Source of the DNA: an uncultured delta proteobacterium
GTDB taxonomy: Bacteria; Desulfobacterota; Desulfuromonadia; Geobacterales; DSM-12255
Reading direction: 5' to 3'
DNA length: 64,000 bases
Assembly (NCBI GenBank): GCA_963787125.1
Contig: CAWBBV010000001.1
Span: 640,001-704,000 of the forward strand
Shown: positions 59,155 to 64,000 of the stretch, piece after piece
Numbering within the stretch: the stretch's first letter is position 1
How the letters are laid out: every line of letters begins with the position of its first letter
The notes under the pieces: generated by a model
Told to the model about the DNA's origin: nothing
Seen by the model: only the letters and a program-made list of their open reading frames with translations
The model's database searches: none
Made by a program: the position numbers and the translations under genes

Positions 59155-59877
59155 ATGTCCGAAAACAGCGAAAAGCTTTCATGCAGTTCTTGTAATAGTG
59201 TCTGGGCAAATAAAGGGACAACCAACTGCTGGAGTGGCGATCCCGCCACTGCCCCGCCCCGCCCCGGCTACTGCCCGACAGGGCACGGCGCCGAGATTAT
59301 TGAAAAATCCTTTGCCGAGTACACCAGTGACAGCGAGGATGCCCGGTTGGCAATGGTTGCCGCTAAGGTTGAGGGGCTCTGCTACCTGAAGGTTCCTGGC
59401 AGCACGACTGTAACTGCCCGCTGGACCAGGGTCGAGGATACAATTGCCCTTGCCAGGCTTATGGGGTGGAAGAGGATCGGTATTGCCACCTGTATCGGCC
59501 TTTTGGCGGAGACTGAGAGTCTGGCGGCAATTCTGACTGCACAAGGTCTTGAGCCGTTAACCGTCTGTTGCAAGGCGGGCAGCATCGACAAGAACGCTCT
59601 CGGTATCGCGGAAGATGACAAGGTACGGCCGAATACTTTCGAGCCCGCGTGCAATCCGATTGCCCAGGCTGAACTCTGCAACCGGGCGGAAACCGATATG
59701 AATATCATTGTCGGTCTCTGTGTGGGACACGATATGCTTTTTAATAAATATTCCAAAGCGCCGGTGACAACACTTGTCTGCAAGGACAGAGTGACCGGAC
59801 ATAATCCCGTGGCAGTACTCTATGGGCAGAGCTTCTATTATAAACGGCTGCAGAAGTTTCCATTGGACTTAAACTGA
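59155..59877 (+). CDS. DUF1847-like Cys-rich metal-binding protein
   Basis: TRVED, IGIATCIGL, CNPIAQA, GLCVGHD, KDRVTGHNP. Confidence 0.88.
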   Translation: MSENSEKLSCSSCNSVWANKGTTNCWSGDPATAPPRPGYCPTGHGAEIIEKSFAEYTSDSEDARLAMVAAKVEGLCYLKVPGSTTVTARWTRVEDTIALARLMGWKRIGIATCIGLLAETESLAAILTAQGLEPLTVCCKAGSIDKNALGIAEDDKVRPNTFEPACNPIAQAELCNRAETDMNIIVGLCVGHDMLFNKYSKAPVTTLVCKDRVTGHNPVAVLYGQSFYYKRLQKFPLDLN

Positions 59878-59947
59878 AAAATGACAGTTGTGTAATCTGT
59901 GATATGCTTAATCTCGATTGATAAAATTACATCAAAGAGAAATCACG

Positions 59948-61606
59948 ATGAGCAACATTCCCCCTCCTGAAAATAGAGCGGATATCCTGATAGTAGACGA
60001 TATCTCGCTGACACGTCGGCAGCTCACTGACATTCTGAGTGAAGCCGGTTACCAGATCGAGCAAGCTGACAGCGGTTTCAAGGCACTTGAACTCGCCGCG
60101 GCTACTCTACCACAGCTGATTCTTCTTGATGTTGTCATGCCGGATATGGATGGCTTTCAGACCTGTAAAGAACTGAAAGCTATTCATGCACTTGCCGATA
60201 TTCCGGTGATTTTTATAAGCGCTCTGGATGAGACAGCCACAAAGGTTAAGGGGTTTGAGGCCGGAGGTGTTGACTACATCTCAAAGCCTTATGAAAAAGA
60301 AGAAGTCCTTGCCAGGGTTAAGACCCATCTCTCAATCAGGCAGCTACAACTCTCCCTTATGGCAGTCAATGCCGAGATGGAGGATCGCGTCCACCAGCGC
60401 ACGGCCGAGTTGATGGCCAAGCACGAGCAGCTCTCCAATCTCTTTCAGCAGGTAAGGCATGCGAAAATACAGTGGGAACAGACAATGGACTGTATTGACG
60501 ATATTATCATGCTGGTTGGCGAAGATGGCTGCCTGCTAAGGTGCAACAAGGCGCTGCTGCAGTTTGCCAGGGTTGATGTTTATAAGGATCTGCTTGGCCT
60601 TGACTGGCTGAAGTTGCTTGCTTCTTGTGGGCTTAATCTGGGAAGCCAGCACAGCAGTTCTCAGGAGCTTTATCACGAAAGCTCCGGCAGATGGTTTACG
60701 GTCAACTGGTATAATTATGCAGATAAAAACGGAGCTGTCATAGCGTTACACGATATGACGGCAATAAAGAAAGTTTATGAAGAGCTTGGTGCGGCTTATG
60801 AAAAGCTCAAGACGACGCATCATCGGCTTGTACAACAAGAGAAGATGGCGTCGATCGGTCAGCTTGCAGCAGGCGTCGCACATGAAATAAATAATCCCAT
60901 GGGGTTTATTTCAAGCAACCTAGAGACGCTGGGCAAGTACGCCAGGCGATTGAGCCAGTTCATGGCAGTTCAGGATGAGGTGTTAAAAGGGGTCTCCGAT
61001 CCGGAAGCGGTAGGGATGCTTGCCGAAGCCAGGAAAAGACTAAAGATCGACTATTTGCTTGATGATATCCCGGCACTTGTCGCCGAGTCCAACGACGGCG
61101 CGGCCAGGGTCAGGACGATAGTTCAAAATTTGAAAGGTTTCTCGCGTACTGATCTTGCCGAGAAGGAGCCGGCAAATATCAATGAATGTCTGGAACGGGC
61201 GATCAGCATTGCCTGGAACGAGCTGAAGTACAAGGTGACTCTGGAGCGGGATTTTGGCGAGTTGCCGACGATAAACTGTTATCCGCAACAGCTCGGACAG
61301 GTGTTCCTCAATTTCCTGGTGAATGCGGCCCACGCAATCGAGCAGCATGGAGTAATAAAGGTTGCTACAAGATTTAATGACGAGAGCGTCTCCATCTCAG
61401 TAAGCGATACCGGTGGCGGTATCCCTGCAGAGAATCTTGACAGGATTTTTGAGCCATTTTTCACTACTAAAGAGATTGGCACCGGCACCGGCCTTGGGTT
61501 GGCAATCAGTTATGAGATTGTGCAGAGTCATGGTGGTACAATTGACGTTGAGAGTGAAGTTGGCAGAGGAACAACGTTTACTGTGCGTTTGCCGCTGGGA
61601 AATTAG
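59948..61606 (+). CDS. Hybrid REC-PAS histidine kinase
   Basis: ILIVDD...[41 protein letters not shown]. Confidence 0.93.
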   Translation: MSNIPPPENRADILIVDDISLTRRQLTDILSEAGYQIEQADSGFKALELAAATLPQLILLDVVMPDMDGFQTCKELKAIHALADIPVIFISALDETATKVKGFEAGGVDYISKPYEKEEVLARVKTHLSIRQLQLSLMAVNAEMEDRVHQRTAELMAKHEQLSNLFQQVRHAKIQWEQTMDCIDDIIMLVGEDGCLLRCNKALLQFARVDVYKDLLGLDWLKLLASCGLNLGSQHSSSQELYHESSGRWFTVNWYNYADKNGAVIALHDMTAIKKVYEELGAAYEKLKTTHHRLVQQEKMASIGQLAAGVAHEINNPMGFISSNLETLGKYARRLSQFMAVQDEVLKGVSDPEAVGMLAEARKRLKIDYLLDDIPALVAESNDGAARVRTIVQNLKGFSRTDLAEKEPANINECLERAISIAWNELKYKVTLERDFGELPTINCYPQQLGQVFLNFLVNAAHAIEQHGVIKVATRFNDESVSISVSDTGGGIPAENLDRIFEPFFTTKEIGTGTGLGLAISYEIVQSHGGTIDVESEVGRGTTFTVRLPLGN

Positions 61607-61620
61607 CTATGGGAGGTTTT

Positions 61621-62172
61621 ATGAACAGTTCTATTTTGCTGGTTGATGATGAACAGAATGTCCTTTCCGCCTTGATACGGGAGTTTGCGGATGAGCCGTA
61701 TGATATTGTTACGGCATTAAACGGCGAGGAGGCGTTAAACTTTGTAGCCGGGCAGACTTTCAAGGTAATTATCTCAGATGAGCGGATGCCAGGTATGGAC
61801 GGGGCGTCATTCCTGGCAGCGGCAAAGGAGATCTCACCTACAAGTGTAAGGATGATGCTCACCGGTCACGCCAGTATCGATGCCACCATGAGGGCCGTCA
61901 ACAATGGCGAAATTTACCGCTTCTTCACGAAACCGTGGAATAGTCTGGAGCTGAAACAATCAATAAAAACGGCGATAGAGAGGTACGATCTTGAAGATGA
62001 AAACAGAAGACTGCTGAAGGTTGTCAAGCGGCAGTCACAGGAGCTGCGGGCTCTTGAAAACAATCACCCCGGGATCAGCAGGTTAAGAAAAGACAGAGAA
62101 GGGGCATTTGTCCTGCCCGAGATAAGTGATGATGAAGTCAAGCAGTTGCTGGAAGAGTATGGGCACAATTGA
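61621..62172 (+). CDS. Response regulator (receiver + short coiled coil)
   Basis: ILLVDDE, ISDERMP, LTGHA, KPW. Confidence 0.92.
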   Translation: MNSSILLVDDEQNVLSALIREFADEPYDIVTALNGEEALNFVAGQTFKVIISDERMPGMDGASFLAAAKEISPTSVRMMLTGHASIDATMRAVNNGEIYRFFTKPWNSLELKQSIKTAIERYDLEDENRRLLKVVKRQSQELRALENNHPGISRLRKDREGAFVLPEISDDEVKQLLEEYGHN

Positions 62173-62176
62173 AATA

Positions 62177-63199
62177 TTACTCGTCATCGTTCCGCTGGAG
62201 CAGGTAACGGCCATTCACCGCGGCAATTCTGCTTCCCATTATAGCTGACATGGTATCTACAGCTTTCACCGCCCTTTCAGCCGGCTTGCCTGAGAGCGGT
62301 TTTGGCTGGAAACCAACTTCGCTGTTAAGTACGTTCAGTGGGATAACCTCGACCTCTTTTACGCCGCCGTCAAACAGGATTCTTGCGATCATGCTTCGCT
62401 TTGAACTTCTGCTCATGCTGCCAAAGGTAAAATTCCCCAGACTGTAGAATATGACCCCGTTTTCATACTGTTCCACTCCTTGAAGGACGTGGGGATGATG
62501 GCCTATTACAATGTCTGCACCTGCATCAATTGCCTTGTGTGCAATCTTCACCTGGTAAGGCTTAGGCTTGTCGAGCCCTTCTCCTCCCCAGTGGAAGGAA
62601 ACAATGACGCAGTCAGCATTTTTTTTTGCTTGCTCAATGTCGGCAGTAAAGAGAGAAGCGTAACCTGGAGCAGTCCCTGCCCTTTCCGCTCCGGCAAAGA
62701 ACTCTTTTGGGTAGGTGAGGGAGTAGGCGAGAAAAGCAATTTTGATGCCCCTAATGGAAGTTACGTCCGACATCCTTGCCGAAAACAAGTCCTGACCGGC
62801 GCCAGCATGGGAAATAGCTTTGCTATCTAGAATCTCGATCGTATCTTTTAACCCCCTGGAGCCAAAGTCGAGAATGTGATTGTTGGCAAGGGAGAGATGG
62901 GTAAAACCGGCATTTTTAATCGCTTCAGCGGCCTTTGGGTCGGCTTTAAAGCGAAACGTCTTGGTAATAAGTTTTTCGGCTGATGTGGTGATTGGAGATT
63001 CAAGGTTTCCGATAACAAGGTCTCCCTGCTTCAGGATCTCCCTGGTTAAGTCAAATGGGTAGTCGTAACCGTATTTTTTGTAAGCCTTTTCACCGGATCC
63101 GGCGAGCATGATGTCGCCGACTGCAGTGATATTAAGAGGTTCTGTCATGGCTAGATGGGGCAAAAATAGTAGCAGTAAAGCGGTAATAATCCAGTTCAT
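62177..63199 (-). CDS. CapA-family metallophosphoesterase
   Basis: VGDIM, GNLE, LANNHILDFG, SFHWG, GHHPHV, YSLGNF. Confidence 0.92.
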   Translation of the reverse strand: MNWIITALLLLFLPHLAMTEPLNITAVGDIMLAGSGEKAYKKYGYDYPFDLTREILKQGDLVIGNLESPITTSAEKLITKTFRFKADPKAAEAIKNAGFTHLSLANNHILDFGSRGLKDTIEILDSKAISHAGAGQDLFSARMSDVTSIRGIKIAFLAYSLTYPKEFFAGAERAGTAPGYASLFTADIEQAKKNADCVIVSFHWGGEGLDKPKPYQVKIAHKAIDAGADIVIGHHPHVLQGVEQYENGVIFYSLGNFTFGSMSRSSKRSMIARILFDGGVKEVEVIPLNVLNSEVGFQPKPLSGKPAERAVKAVDTMSAIMGSRIAAVNGRYLLQRNDDE

Positions 63200-63290
63200 A
63201 AGGCAATGCCCTTTCGTCAGATGGTTGACTATGCTTTTAGCAAGTGCTACAAGATAAAACCTTATCTACCAATTAGCAAAGGATTTGAAA

Positions 63291-64000
63291 ATGCTTGACA
63301 TACGGTACATTCGTGAAAATCTGGAAAGTGTAGAAACCCGTCTTAAAAGTCGCGGCGCCAGTATATCACTTGCCGGTTTCAGGGACCTTGATGAAAGTAG
63401 AAGATCTCTTCAACAGGAAACTGAAACACTGAAGGCGCTTAGAAACAGAGTCTCTGACGAAATCAGCCGAGTGAAAGACAAAAGCCAGGTTCAGGGTCAG
63501 ATTGCGGAGATGCGTGAGGTCTCCCAGCGGATAAAGGGGCTTGATGATAAGCTTAAAGAGGTAGAAGATTCGCTTGAACAGTTCATGCTGACAGTTCCCA
63601 ATATCCCCTCAACCGAAACACCTCCAGGCGCAAATGAGTCAGATAATAGGGAAGTGAAGCTCTGGGGTGAAATCCCGCAAATGTCCTTTCAGGCAAGGCC
63701 TCACTGGGAAATCGGCGAGGCACTTAATATTCTGGATTTTGAAAGGGGTGCCAAAATTACCGGTGCGCGATTCACCCTTTACAAGGGAGCTGGTGCAAGG
63801 CTGGAGCGGGCTCTCATTAATTTCATGCTCGATCTGCATACAACCAGACATAATTATATTGAAATGCTGCCACCTTTTATGGTAAACAGGGAAAGTATGA
63901 CCGGAACCGGTCAGCTCCCCAAGTTTGAAGACGACCTCTTCCATCTGGAAGGGGTTGATTATTTCCTGATCCCGACGGCAGAAGTTCCGGTTACAAATAT
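63291..64000 (+). CDS. serS: Serine--tRNA ligase (3' truncated by window)
   Basis: [10 protein letters not shown]..., [40 protein letters not shown]; absent from ORF track because no stop in window. Confidence 0.97.
   Translation, partial: MLDIRYIRENLESVETRLKSRGASISLAGFRDLDESRRSLQQETETLKALRNRVSDEISRVKDKSQVQGQIAEMREVSQRIKGLDDKLKEVEDSLEQFMLTVPNIPSTETPPGANESDNREVKLWGEIPQMSFQARPHWEIGEALNILDFERGAKITGARFTLYKGAGARLERALINFMLDLHTTRHNYIEMLPPFMVNRESMTGTGQLPKFEDDLFHLEGVDYFLIPTAEVPVTN

Noticed and set aside
63639..63944. 101-aa minus-strand ORF at window end
   Set aside because: Antisense to serS

Overview
Core-genome-rich window from a Desulfuromonadales/Geobacteraceae-like deltaproteobacterium (taxon inferred from gene content and protein style). 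Left part: end of the NADH dehydrogenase I operon (nuoH-N), hisZ, purA, tRNA-Lys(UUU), a fused ECF-sigma/anti-sigma gene, skp, REC-PilZ, glgP, greB, a CBS-PAS-GGDEF cyclase and fumC. The centre (about 19.3-47.9 kb) is a phosphate/polyphosphate super-cluster. It holds phoBR, psiE, pstSCAB-phoU, a five-gene partner-switching/EAL operon with its own Pho-box-like promoter, a PstS-like binding protein, a sixA-HhH-tmk-like x2-hypothetical-CHAD-ppx operon and a two-domain PPK2. The cluster is interrupted by a frameshift-type DDE insertion sequence (with target duplication) and a defence islet (long HicB-like + HicA-like + type III RM). Right part: Fe-S membrane protein, a DUF3332/hydrolase/DUF3015/DUF4105 envelope module, Nramp, DUF362, a secreted proteasome-beta-like protein, Nudix, HNH, a two-component pair, CapA and the start of serS. 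The best leads for new biology are the tandem thymidylate-kinase-like pair (candidate heteromeric polyP kinase), the sigma-less partner-switch/EAL operon under a Pho box, the exported Ntn-hydrolase and the long-HicB/HicA/RM islet. All family assignments are by eye from motifs; no database searches were run.
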